Below are positions 9,713 to 18,444 of a DNA stretch of 64,000 nt, piece by piece. Each line of letters starts with the position of its first letter. Positions within the stretch are counted from its first letter, which is position 1. The DNA comes from an uncultured Verrucomicrobiae bacterium (GTDB taxonomy: Bacteria > Verrucomicrobiota > Verrucomicrobiia > Chthoniobacterales > UBA10450): NCBI GenBank assembly GCA_963758425.1, contig CAVWVV010000019.1, positions 20,129 to 84,128 of the forward strand, written 5' to 3'. Both the position numbers and the translations under genes were made by a program. Below the pieces are notes generated by a model. It saw nothing but the letters and a program-made list of their open reading frames with translations. It did no database searches and had not been told where the DNA came from.

Positions 9713-10455
9713 CAACGACAAAATTTTTGCCGTTCCGCAGAAGGTAAAAAGCATCGGCGATTGTTACTTTTACCACACTATAGAGCTCCCTGGTCATGGA
9801 GTGATGAATGGAGATTGGGATTTGCGTCGCGGGGTAGACGATTACCTGGGAAAAGTCGTCTTCGCCGGTAAACGAGTCTTGGAAATCGGTCCAGCCAGCG
9901 GTTTTCTGACTTTCGAGATGGAAAAGCGCGGCGCCGAGGTGACCTCGGTCGAAGTAACAGCGGAGCACGGGTGGGATTTTGTTCCGTACCCGGCGTCCAG
10001 GTTGGAAGAAGTGTTCGGGCCGCGGCGAATCGTGATGGAACGCTTGAAGAATTCCTATTGGTTCAGCCATGCGGCGCAACAGTCCAAAGCGAAAGTGTAC
10101 TACGGAGACGTTTACAATTTGCCTTCTTCTCTGGGAGAATTCGACATCGCAGTAATGGGAGCAGGTACTATTGCATTGCCGAGACCCGCTCCGAATCGTG
10201 GAGCAATGCGCGGAAAAAGCCAGGTCTCTCATTATTACCGACATGTTCCACCCAGATTTGGAAGGAGCGCCGATCTGCCGTCTTGCGCCGACTCCACAAA
10301 ATTTTCTCTGGCACACCTGGTGGCATTTCAGCACGCAGTTCTTCACCCAATTTCTAGCGGTCATGGGGCTCACGACGACGCAACTTTCAACGCATCAGCA
10401 ATATCATCGCGGAAGAGCGCATACGCTCTTTACTGTCGTCGGCCAAACACGATGA
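9696..10455 (+). pseudogene. class I SAM-dependent methyltransferase with a 1-nt frameshift near 10164
   Basis: Frame 0 reads ...KRVLEIGPASGFLTFEM...EFDIAVMGA. The expected continuation (V)LLHCRDPLRIVEQCAEKARSLIITDMF... is in ORF 10171..10455. The break is at GCAGGTA, where one extra G is apparent. After the break the annotated frame turns Arg/Ser-rich and runs into mdh. Confidence 0.7.
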
Positions 10456-10480
10456 GGACAACCTGGCGCTGTCGAGAATG

Positions 10481-11464
10481 CTACGAAATCAATTCGCCAA
10501 CGAGGGACTTCTCTTCTTTTAATTCTGCCACCGACGTATCGATTTTCGCGCGGCTGAAATCATTGATCGGTACTCCCTGCACGATTTCCCATTTTCCGCC
10601 GTGCACACGAACCGGGAACGACGAGATCAATCCCTTGTCGACTTCGTAACTTCCATCGGAACAAACCGCCACGCTGTGCCAGTCGTTACCCGGTGTGTCG
10701 TTGGTAAGCGAAAAGACGGTGTCAACGACCGCGTTCGCCGCGGAACCGGCTGACGAAAGTCCTCGTGCTTTGATTACTGCGGCGCCGCGTTGTTGAACAG
10801 TGGCAATGAATTCTTCCTTCAGCCATTTCTTGTCTTCGATTACTTCGTTCGCCGGACGATTGTCGATCCTGGCATTGTAGAAATCCGGATACTGCGTCGA
10901 GGAGTGATTTCCCCAGATGGTCATGTTCGTGACCAGGCCAATGCCTACACCGGCTTTGTGTGCAAGCTGCGCGCGTGCACGGTTCTCATCCAGCCGGGTC
11001 ATTGCAAACCAGCGGTCGTGCGGAATTTCTTTCGCGTTATTCATCGCAATCAGACAATTCGTATTGCAGGGATTTCCAACCACGAGCACGCGCACATCGG
11101 AGGCAGCGTTTTTTTCAATTGCCTGACCTTGTCCGATGAAAATCTTTCCGTTGATCCCAAGCAAATCCTTCCGTTCCATGCCGGCCTTGCGCGGAACACT
11201 TCCGACCAGTAACGCCCAATTAATATCGCGGAAGCCTTCATTGAGGTCAGCCGTTGGTACAACTGACTCGAGCAGCGGAAACGCGCAATCGTGCAATTCC
11301 ATTACGACGCCATCCAGCGCGCCGAGCGCATCCGGAATTTCGATCAAATGGAGTATGAGCGATTGGTCCGGTCCGAACATCTGTCCAGAGGCGATGCGGA
11401 ACAGAAGCGCGTAACCAATTTGCCCAGCGGCGCCTGTCACAGCGACCTTAATCGGAGTTTTCAT
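10481..11464 (-). CDS. mdh: malate dehydrogenase (NAD-dependent, long/Thermus-type)
   Basis: Starts [27 protein letters not shown]; active-site region [10 protein letters not shown]. Trimmed to the ATG at 11464 (327 aa). Confidence 0.95.
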   Translation of the reverse strand: MKTPIKVAVTGAAGQIGYALLFRIASGQMFGPDQSLILHLIEIPDALGALDGVVMELHDCAFPLLESVVPTADLNEGFRDINWALLVGSVPRKAGMERKDLLGINGKIFIGQGQAIEKNAASDVRVLVVGNPCNTNCLIAMNNAKEIPHDRWFAMTRLDENRARAQLAHKAGVGIGLVTNMTIWGNHSSTQYPDFYNARIDNRPANEVIEDKKWLKEEFIATVQQRGAAVIKARGLSSAGSAANAVVDTVFSLTNDTPGNDWHSVAVCSDGSYEVDKGLISSFPVRVHGGKWEIVQGVPINDFSRAKIDTSVAELKEEKSLVGELIS

Positions 11465-11527
11465 AACGCAATTAGCCATAAACGCTTTGGTGAGCAAAGC
11501 CAAGGCGTGATAGTTTAACGACGGTCC

Positions 11528-11983
11528 ATGTTTCCAGCCAAGCTAAACAAGATCATCAATCTCTTCGAGTCGCTCCCCGAGGATGAGCGGCGCGAGACAC
11601 TTGTTTCGTACGCGGACAACGCGAAGAAGCAGGAGCCGCGCGAAGGCGAGAACTTCGATCTTGTCGATGTGCGGAAAGACGAGGAATGCACGGACACCGT
11701 CGGCGTTTATCTGCACGTAGATGAAAACGGCAGGGCGCACATTCGCATGACGCTCGGTCCGGAAGTGCAAACACTTACCCGCTCCATGACGGCGATTCTT
11801 TGCAAAGGGCTGGAGGGCTCCACGCCCCAGGAGATTCTTGAGCTCCCGAGTGATTTCGTCAGACGCATCGTCGGGACAGAGCTGGTGCGCATCCGCAGCC
11901 AGACTGTCTATTACGTGCTCACACGCATCAAGAGCATCTGCAAAGTCTGGCTGGACCGGCAGCGTATGGCAGAGGTGGCGTAA
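11528..11983 (+). CDS. sufE: SufE-like cysteine desulfuration (sulfur acceptor) protein
   Basis: 151-aa ORF. N-terminus [24 protein letters not shown], conserved Cys region [13 protein letters not shown], and SufE-like length and layout. Confidence 0.7.
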   Translation: MFPAKLNKIINLFESLPEDERRETLVSYADNAKKQEPREGENFDLVDVRKDEECTDTVGVYLHVDENGRAHIRMTLGPEVQTLTRSMTAILCKGLEGSTPQEILELPSDFVRRIVGTELVRIRSQTVYYVLTRIKSICKVWLDRQRMAEVA

Positions 11984-11987
11984 TGGA

Positions 11988-12059
11988 GGTTAGGCTGCTA
12001 GCCTGACTTGGCTGGCAGGCTGCCAGCCTGCCGGGTCAGCCAAGCTGGCTGACATCCAC
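11988..12059. repeat. REP element, family B
   Basis: Nested palindromes (GGCAGGCTGCCAGCCTGCC within GACTTGGCTG...CAGCCAAGC) ending in GGCTGACATCCAC. Related copies lie at 13541-13670, 14311-14360 and 17006-17106. Confidence 0.7.
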
Positions 12060-12112
12060 TTACATTCTCGCGTGAACTTCTCGCGATTTCGTTTAGTGTC
12101 CGCGCTGCGCAG

Positions 12113-13663
12113 ATGCCGCGAAATAACGAGCTCAACAAAATCCTGCTGATCGGCTCCGGTCCAATCGTAATCGGACAGGGTTGCGAATTTGATTATTCCG
12201 GCGTGCAAGCGTGCAAGGCGTTGCGCGAGGAAGGGTATGTGGTCGTGCTGGTCAATTCCAACCCGGCGACCATCATGACCGATCCAGAATTCGCGGACCG
12301 CACTTATATCGAGCCGATCACTCCGGAAGTGATCGAAGCGATCATGGAACGCGAAAAACCGGACGCTATTTTGCCAACTCTGGGCGGACAAACTGCGCTT
12401 AATGCTGCGATGGAGTTGAACCGCAACGGCGCATTGGCGCGACACGGAGTGAAGTTGATTGGCGCAAGCGCCCAGGCGATTGCAAAAGGCGAAGATCGCC
12501 AATTGTTCAAGGAAGCGATGTTGCGCATCGGGCTGGACGTACCGCGTTCCGGCGTAGCACGTTCTCTCGGAGATATCGATCGGATCGTTGGTGAGATCGG
12601 AACATTCCCGCTCATTATTCGGCCGGCGTTCACTCTGGGCGGCACCGGCGGCGGCATCGCTTACAATCGCGAAGAGCTCGATGCCATCGTTGCACGCGGG
12701 CTCGATCTCTCGCCGGTCCACGAAGTGCTGATCGAGGAATCGCTGGTCGGATGGAAAGAATTCGAGATGGAAGTGATGCGCGATCGGATGGACAACTGCG
12801 TGGTTGTTTGTTCCATCGAGAATTTCGATCCGATGGGTGTGCATACCGGCGACTCGATCACTGTCGCGCCGGTGCAGACGCTCACCGACAAGGAATACCA
12901 GTTGATGCGCGACGCCGCGTTCGCCGTCATTCGCGAGATCGGCGTGGAGACCGGCGGGTCGAACATTCAGTTTGCAGTGAATCCTGACAACGGACGCATG
13001 GTTGTAATTGAAATGAACCCGCGCGTCTCGCGTTCCAGCGCGCTGGCATCGAAGGCAACGGGATTTCCGATTGCGAAAATCGCGGCAAAGCTCGCGGTTG
13101 GATACACGCTCGATGAAATCAGGAACGATATCACACGCGAAACGCCGGCATGCTTTGAGCCGACCATCGATTACTGCGTGGTTAAGGTACCGCGGTTTAC
13201 GTTCGAAAAGTTTCCACAGGCCGAAGCGACGCTTACGACGCGAATGAAAAGCGTCGGCGAAGCGATGGCGATCGGACGGACGTTTAAGGAAGCCTTGCAA
13301 AAAGCGCTGCGCAGCCTGGAGATCAAACGCTTCGGTCTATGTGGCGATGGCGCAAATAAAGATGTCGATTCTGAGACGTTGCGCTTAAAGCTGGCGATCC
13401 CGAACGCGGAACGGATTTTTTATCTAGCCCAGGCGTTTCAAGACGGGATGCCAATCGATGAGGTTTTCGAATTAACGAAGATCGATAGGTGGTTTTTGAG
13501 CAATGTGCAGCAGATCGTGGAGGAAGCGGATCGGATGTCGCGCTGCCAGCGTGACTCGGCGAGCGGGCTGCCAGCCCGCGTTGGTCATGTTTGCCGAGCT
13601 GGCAGCTTGGCGGCCGAGTCAGCCAAGTTCGCCACGGCGAATCGCCTCTGGCGGACTGGCTGA
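12113..13663 (+). CDS. carB: carbamoyl-phosphate synthase large subunit, N-terminal part (carboxyphosphate domain plus the start of the oligomerisation domain)
   Basis: CarB sequence is unmistakable from [30 protein letters not shown] to ...[17 protein letters not shown]. The last roughly 45 codons are REP-B derived (..[12 protein letters not shown]..). The ORF stops at a TGA inside the REP 13-mer GGCTGACATCCAG. Confidence 0.9.
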   Translation: MPRNNELNKILLIGSGPIVIGQGCEFDYSGVQACKALREEGYVVVLVNSNPATIMTDPEFADRTYIEPITPEVIEAIMEREKPDAILPTLGGQTALNAAMELNRNGALARHGVKLIGASAQAIAKGEDRQLFKEAMLRIGLDVPRSGVARSLGDIDRIVGEIGTFPLIIRPAFTLGGTGGGIAYNREELDAIVARGLDLSPVHEVLIEESLVGWKEFEMEVMRDRMDNCVVVCSIENFDPMGVHTGDSITVAPVQTLTDKEYQLMRDAAFAVIREIGVETGGSNIQFAVNPDNGRMVVIEMNPRVSRSSALASKATGFPIAKIAAKLAVGYTLDEIRNDITRETPACFEPTIDYCVVKVPRFTFEKFPQAEATLTTRMKSVGEAMAIGRTFKEALQKALRSLEIKRFGLCGDGANKDVDSETLRLKLAIPNAERIFYLAQAFQDGMPIDEVFELTKIDRWFLSNVQQIVEEADRMSRCQRDSASGLPARVGHVCRAGSLAAESAKFATANRLWRTG

Positions 13664-16121
13664 CATCCAGTTCCACGACCTCGACAAACAGGCGCCGATC
13701 AAGATAACCAGACGTCACCTGCCTCATTGGGAGCAACCCGGCGTGACCTACTTCGTTACGTTTCGGTTAGCGGATGCCATCGCGAGTGACGTCCTCGCAC
13801 AATGGCGGGAAGAACGTGCCCAGTGGCTCAAGTTTCATCCTGAGCCTTGGGACTGGAAAACCGCTCGCGAATATATGCGGCGATTCGAAGAAGAACGCGA
13901 GCAGTGGCTCGATCAAGGCCAGGGCTCCTGTTTGCTGCGGAACCAACGTGTACACGAGATCATTGTGGAGAACCTCAATCATTTCGATCGCGACCGTTAT
14001 GTTCTGGATGCGTTTGTGGTGATGCCTAATCACGTGCATGTCATTGTGAAGCCGATCGAGCTGAATTCCCTGAACACAATCCTGCATGCTTGGAAGTCTT
14101 ACACTAGCAATCGGGTCAACGAACTACTTAAACGAAAAGGCCCGCTCTGGATGGCGGAAACATTCGATACGATCGTGCGGGATTCTGCACATCTGGCTGC
14201 CTGCCGCGATTATATCGAGCGTAATCCAAAGCAGGCGAACTTGAGAGATGTTGAATTTGTTCTAGAGCTGCGTGATGCGCTCGTTGCGGATGGCGATGAG
14301 CCGCAGATACAGCAGGCTGGCAGCCTGCCTGCCGAGTCAGGCTGGCAGCCTGACATCCAGCAAGAGAAATTGCTGCGCGCGAAGAAACTCGGGTTTTCGG
14401 ATCGGCAACTCGCGGTGGCGAGTGGACTTAGCGCAACCGAAATCCGCGCGAAGCGGCAGTCGTCGGGCGTAGTTCCCACTTATCGCCTCGTCGATACCTG
14501 CGCGGCAGAGTTTGAAGCTTACACGCCGTATTACTACTCGACGTATGGCGACGAGAACGAGCGGCGTGAAAGTGGTAAGCGAAAGATCATGATCCTGGGT
14601 GGCGGACCGAACCGGATCGGCCAGGGAATTGAATTCGATTACTGTTGTGTGCACGCTGCATTCGCGCTGCGCGAGCTCGGATTCGAAACGATCATGGTTA
14701 ACTCGAATCCGGAAACCGTCTCCACGGATTACGACACGAGCGACAAACTCTATTTTGAACCCCTCACCCTCGAAGACGTGCTCAATATTTATGATCAGGA
14801 GAAACCCGAGGGCGTGTTCGTCCAGTTTGGCGGTCAAACCCCGTTGAATCTGGCCAGCGGATTGAAAGCGGCAGACGTGCCGATTCTTGGCACACAGCCC
14901 GAAAGCATCGAGACGGCTGAAGATCGACGCCTGTTCGCGGATATGCTCGACAAACTTGGTCTTCGCCAAACCCCGAACGGTTCGGCGACAAGCACGGAAC
15001 AGGCTGTCGCGATAGCGAGGAAAATCGGCTACCCGGTACTCGTTAGGCCGAGCTTCGTCCTGGGCGGGCGCGCGATGGAGCTTGTCTATAATCAGGAAGA
15101 TCTTCGGCGTTACATGGCGAGCGCAATTGAAGTGACACCGGATCGTCCGGTGCTGATCGATCGTTTCCTCGAAGACGCCATCGAGGTCGATGTCGATTGC
15201 ATCTCGGATGGCGAAATGACGGTGATGGGCGCAATCATGGAGCACATCGAGGAAGCAGGCATTCACAGCGGTGACAGCGCATGCGTCATTCCCACATTCT
15301 CCTTGTCGCAAACAATTCTGGATGAGATTTCCGCTGCCACAAAGGCGATGGCGCGCGAGTTGAAGGTGCGAGGCCTGATGAATGTGCAATTCGCCGTGAA
15401 GGGCGACGACGTTTACGTGCTGGAAGTGAATCCACGCGCGTCCCGCACGGTTCCCTTCGTTAGCAAGGCAATTGGTGTCCCGCTTGCAAAACTCGCTGCC
15501 AAAGTGATGACCGGAAAATCATTGCGCGAGCTCGGTTTCACAAAGGAAATCGTGCCGAAACATTTCTCAGTGAAGGAAGCGGTGTTCCCCTTTCTGCGCT
15601 ACGAAGGCCTGGATATCTCGCTCGGACCGGAGATGAAATCGACCGGCGAAGTGATGGGGATGGATGTGGATCTCGGCCTTGCCTATGCAAAATCGCAAAT
15701 GGCGGCGCCGCCGCCGTTGCCGAAAAAAGGAAAAGTGTTCATCAGCGTCAAGGACACTGACAAGGAAGCGGTGATTCCGGTCGCGCGCGAATTTGTGAAG
15801 CTCGGCTTTGAAATCATTTCCACGAGTGGAACCGCAGTAGCGTTAACGAAAGCGAAAATCAAAGTGACCAAGGTCTTCAAAATTCACACAGGCCGCCCAA
15901 ATGTCCTCGACCGCATCAAGAATGGCGACATCAACTTCATCATCAACACGCCGAGCGGGAAAATTCCGCGCGAACACGAAGTGGTCATTCGCAATGCGGC
16001 GCTGGCGGCGAAGATTCCCATCATGACGACGGTGCGCGCGGCGCTTGCGAGCGCGAACGGAATACGGTCACTGCAAAAACGCAAAGTTCAGGTGCGCAGT
16101 CTGCAGGAATACCATACGTGA
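13503..16121 (+). CDS. carB: ORF fusing the RAYT domain to the C-terminal ~590 aa of CarB (rest of the oligomerisation domain, carbamoyl-phosphate domain, allosteric/MGS domain)
   Basis: There is no stop between the RAYT part and ...[19 protein letters not shown]...[10 protein letters not shown]...[24 protein letters not shown]... through to the end of CarB. This ORF is in a different frame from 12113..13663 and overlaps it by 161 nt. Confidence 0.85.
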   Translation: MCSRSWRKRIGCRAASVTRRAGCQPALVMFAELAAWRPSQPSSPRRIASGGLADIQFHDLDKQAPIKITRRHLPHWEQPGVTYFVTFRLADAIASDVLAQWREERAQWLKFHPEPWDWKTAREYMRRFEEEREQWLDQGQGSCLLRNQRVHEIIVENLNHFDRDRYVLDAFVVMPNHVHVIVKPIELNSLNTILHAWKSYTSNRVNELLKRKGPLWMAETFDTIVRDSAHLAACRDYIERNPKQANLRDVEFVLELRDALVADGDEPQIQQAGSLPAESGWQPDIQQEKLLRAKKLGFSDRQLAVASGLSATEIRAKRQSSGVVPTYRLVDTCAAEFEAYTPYYYSTYGDENERRESGKRKIMILGGGPNRIGQGIEFDYCCVHAAFALRELGFETIMVNSNPETVSTDYDTSDKLYFEPLTLEDVLNIYDQEKPEGVFVQFGGQTPLNLASGLKAADVPILGTQPESIETAEDRRLFADMLDKLGLRQTPNGSATSTEQAVAIARKIGYPVLVRPSFVLGGRAMELVYNQEDLRRYMASAIEVTPDRPVLIDRFLEDAIEVDVDCISDGEMTVMGAIMEHIEEAGIHSGDSACVIPTFSLSQTILDEISAATKAMARELKVRGLMNVQFAVKGDDVYVLEVNPRASRTVPFVSKAIGVPLAKLAAKVMTGKSLRELGFTKEIVPKHFSVKEAVFPFLRYEGLDISLGPEMKSTGEVMGMDVDLGLAYAKSQMAAPPPLPKKGKVFISVKDTDKEAVIPVAREFVKLGFEIISTSGTAVALTKAKIKVTKVFKIHTGRPNVLDRIKNGDINFIINTPSGKIPREHEVVIRNAALAAKIPIMTTVRAALASANGIRSLQKRKVQVRSLQEYHT
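13541..14360 (+). mobile_element. REP-flanked RAYT unit (REP-associated tyrosine transposase, Y1 HUH family) inside carB
   Basis: Transposase-like sequence: [35 protein letters not shown] (HUH), WKSYTSNRV (candidate catalytic Tyr), [11 protein letters not shown]. It is flanked by family-B REPs. The 13-mers at 13658-13670 and 14348-14360 match at 12/13 positions and lie exactly 690 nt apart. Confidence 0.8.
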
Positions 16122-16393
16122 ATGACGAAATTCGAATGACGAATGACGAAACAAATCCGAACGATCGAAATGACAAATGCCCAACGTTCAAATTCTGTCA
16201 TTCCGAGCGAAGTCGAGAATGAAGCGGCTGGGGAAGCCGCGACATGGACGGGAAGGCCGGAGGCTGAGCGAACGGGAAGTGAGCGAATCAACTCTCTGAT
16301 TGATCATCAAGAGTGTCTCCAGCCTTCGCATGAAGCTACGGCTTGGCAGGCGACTTCGCTCGACATGACATTGCATTGATGTCATTTGTCAGC

Positions 16394-16996
16394 ATGAAAT
16401 TCTCAATCCTCCTTGCCGCACTGTTAAGCACTGTGGTCTTTGCCGCCGAAGAAAAGAAAGAAACTCCTTCTATGAGTAACCCAAACGAAGTCGCTGTGAT
16501 AAAAACGAACGAAGGCGAAATGGTCGTCCAGTTTTGGACCGATGCCGCGCCAAATACGATCGAAAATTTTAAGAAGCTGGCGCGTCAAGGCTTTTACGAT
16601 GGCACCATTTTCCACCGAATCGTCAAAGGATTCATGGTTCAGGGCGGCGACCCAAACTCGAAAGACCCGGCGAAAGAGAGCACTTACGGAGCAGGCGACC
16701 CTGGTTACACAATCAAAGCCGAGTTTAACAATCATTCTCACGATCGCGGTGTCATCTCGATGGCGCGCGGGCCCAATCCGGACTCGGCCGGGTCGCAATT
16801 CTTTATCTGCCTCGCGCCCGTTCGGAGGCTTGATGGGCAATACACCACATTCGGCAAATTGATCAAAGGCGTCGATGTACTCGAGAAAATCGGCGACACA
16901 TCGGTCGAGCGCAATGCACAGGGCGAAATGAGCAGGCCAACGAAACGGATCGTGATCGAAAGCGTGAAAATCGTGCCGGCGAATTCAGTGAAGTAG
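16394..16996 (+). CDS. peptidyl-prolyl cis-trans isomerase, cyclophilin type, secreted
   Basis: Trimmed to MKFSILLAALLSTVVFAAEE (signal peptide). Cyclophilin motifs: FHRIVKGFMVQGGDP, GVISMARG, GSQFFI. Confidence 0.9.
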   Translation: MKFSILLAALLSTVVFAAEEKKETPSMSNPNEVAVIKTNEGEMVVQFWTDAAPNTIENFKKLARQGFYDGTIFHRIVKGFMVQGGDPNSKDPAKESTYGAGDPGYTIKAEFNNHSHDRGVISMARGPNPDSAGSQFFICLAPVRRLDGQYTTFGKLIKGVDVLEKIGDTSVERNAQGEMSRPTKRIVIESVKIVPANSVK

Positions 16997-17005
16997 AGGA
17001 ACGGA

Positions 17006-17106
17006 GGTCAGGCTGCCAGCCTGACTCGGCCGGCGAGCTGCCGAGCTTGCCGGATCCTCGACATGCTGGCAGCATGTCGTCCGAGACAGGCAGGTTGCCT
17101 GTCATC
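17006..17106. repeat. REP family B cluster (four consecutive hairpins)
   Basis: TCAGGCTGCCAGCCTGA and GACATGCTGGCAGCATGTC are perfect hairpins; GAGCTGCCGAGCTT is an imperfect palindrome; GACAGGCAGGTTGCCTGTC is near-perfect. Confidence 0.65.
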
Positions 17107-17125
17107 TAACCGTTGCATCCCTTCA

Positions 17126-18016
17126 ATGGCTACCGAACCAACCACAACAAACATCGCTCTCATCCAGATGCGATGCGGCCCGGAGCTGGAGAAGAATTTC
17201 TCGCGAGCGATTGAATTCATTCGCGAAGCGGCACAAAAAGGCGCCCAGATCGTTTGCTTGCCGGAGCTTTTTCGGTCGCAATATTTTTGCCAGACAGAAG
17301 ATCACAAGAATTTCGATTTGGCTGAGGAAATTCCGGGCAAATCAACATCGGCATTGGGAGAAGTAGCGCGAGAAACCGGCGCAGTAATCATTGCCTCACT
17401 TTTCGAGAAACGCAGCCCCGGCCTCTATCACAACACCGCCGCAATCATTGACGCGAATGGAAAATTGCTCGGCAAATACCGCAAAATGCATATCCCGGAC
17501 GATCCGCTGTATCACGAGAAGTTTTATTTCGCGCCAGGCGATCTTGGATTTCAGGCGTGGCCAACAACCCAAGGTAAGATCGGCGTCTGCGTTTGCTGGG
17601 ACCAATGGTATCCGGAAGCGGCGCGACTGACGGCGTTGCACGGCGCGGAGATTATTTTTTATCCAACAGCAATCGGCTGGCATCCATCGGAAAAGAAGGA
17701 GTTCGGCGCAGCGCAATATTCTGCATGGGAAACAATTCAGCGCAGTCACGCAATTGCGAATGGTTGCTATGTAGCGGTGCCAAATCGCGTCGGCCATGAA
17801 ACGCCTGCGGGTGGAGAAGGGATTGAATTTTGGGGACAAAGCTTCGTTTGCGCACCGGACGGCGAAATCATGGCCAAAGGTTCGGTCGATCGCGAGGAGA
17901 TCGTGATGGCCGATGTAGATTGGGGCCGCGTAAACGAGCAGCGCACGCATTGGCCATTTTTGCGCGATCGCCGCGTTGATGCCTTTTCGGAAATCCAGCA
18001 GCGTCTGATCGACTAA
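17126..18016 (+). CDS. aguB: N-carbamoylputrescine amidase (carbon-nitrogen hydrolase family)
   Basis: Trimmed to MATEPTTTNIALIQ, because the longer ORF start lies inside REPs. Motifs: CLPELF, YRKMHIPDDP, GVCVCWDQWYPEAAR. Confidence 0.85.
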   Translation: MATEPTTTNIALIQMRCGPELEKNFSRAIEFIREAAQKGAQIVCLPELFRSQYFCQTEDHKNFDLAEEIPGKSTSALGEVARETGAVIIASLFEKRSPGLYHNTAAIIDANGKLLGKYRKMHIPDDPLYHEKFYFAPGDLGFQAWPTTQGKIGVCVCWDQWYPEAARLTALHGAEIIFYPTAIGWHPSEKKEFGAAQYSAWETIQRSHAIANGCYVAVPNRVGHETPAGGEGIEFWGQSFVCAPDGEIMAKGSVDREEIVMADVDWGRVNEQRTHWPFLRDRRVDAFSEIQQRLID

Positions 18017-18183
18017 TCTCTGCGGACGGTTGAATGACATTCAGGAGGTCGGGGTTCGAGCGCCTAGGTTCCACCAGTCAATTGGAATCACTTGAGGGTC
18101 TCGCGAAGCGATCGCGGCAAACTTGGCGTAACGAGTGCAACGAAACGGCATCGTGAGGAGCATGGGCATCGAACGATAATCGA

Positions 18184-18444
18184 TTAAGCGCCAGGCGGCA
18201 TCTGGCCGGCATTGGCTTCCCGAAACTTTTTCAGATTTCGCTTAATTTGCCCTCCCTTGTCGCGTCCGGTAGCTTCGAGATACTGTTCGACTTCATTGAG
18301 CAGCGTCTGCAACCCAGGATGGCCCGCCGCAACTCCCAGGCCGAGGAGCGCGCGAATGGCATAGTGCAGCGGCATCGCACTGACCCTATCCTCCCCCGCT
18401 TTTAGGCGTTCCATCTCTGCTTCGATGCACTCGGCGAGAGTCAC
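18184..18444 (-). CDS. hypothetical 86-aa helical protein (GTG start), overlapping the end of the TIR gene
   Basis: AAGGAG lies 10 nt upstream of the GTG at 18444. The sequence looks protein-like (ECIEAEMERLKAGEDRVSAMPLHYAIRALLGLG...). It could alternatively be the frameshifted C-terminus of the TIR protein. Confidence 0.4.
   Translation of the reverse strand: MTLAECIEAEMERLKAGEDRVSAMPLHYAIRALLGLGVAAGHPGLQTLLNEVEQYLEATGRDKGGQIKRNLKKFREANAGQMPPGA

Noticed and set aside
10456-10649. C-terminal part of ORF 9696..10649 overlapping mdh
   Set aside because: It is an out-of-frame read-through created by the frameshift near 10164. The true reading frame stops at 10455.
11990-13300. 436-aa minus-strand ORF
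   Set aside because: It is entirely antisense to the highly conserved carB N-terminal region. Its composition is Arg/His/Cys-rich and it has no motif. This is a typical shadow ORF in GC-rich coding DNA.
13541-14360. Intein or homing-endonuclease explanation for the in-frame insertion in carB
   Set aside because: There are no intein splice-junction residues or blocks: no Cys/Ser/Thr at the junctions and no terminal HN. The insert has clear HUH/Tyr transposase motifs and REP flanks instead.
14337-15389. 350-aa minus-strand ORF
   Set aside because: It is antisense to the conserved carB C-terminal half, with the same shadow-ORF composition.
18044-18077. tRNA 3'-end-like string (GGGGTTCGAGCGCCTAGGTTCCACCA) right at the left island junction, considered as an att-site relic
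   Set aside because: The putative T-stem does not pair in any register. No complementary acceptor strand or cloverleaf lies upstream, where the sequence is the aguB 3' end. The resemblance rests only on TTCGAG and CCA and may be chance.
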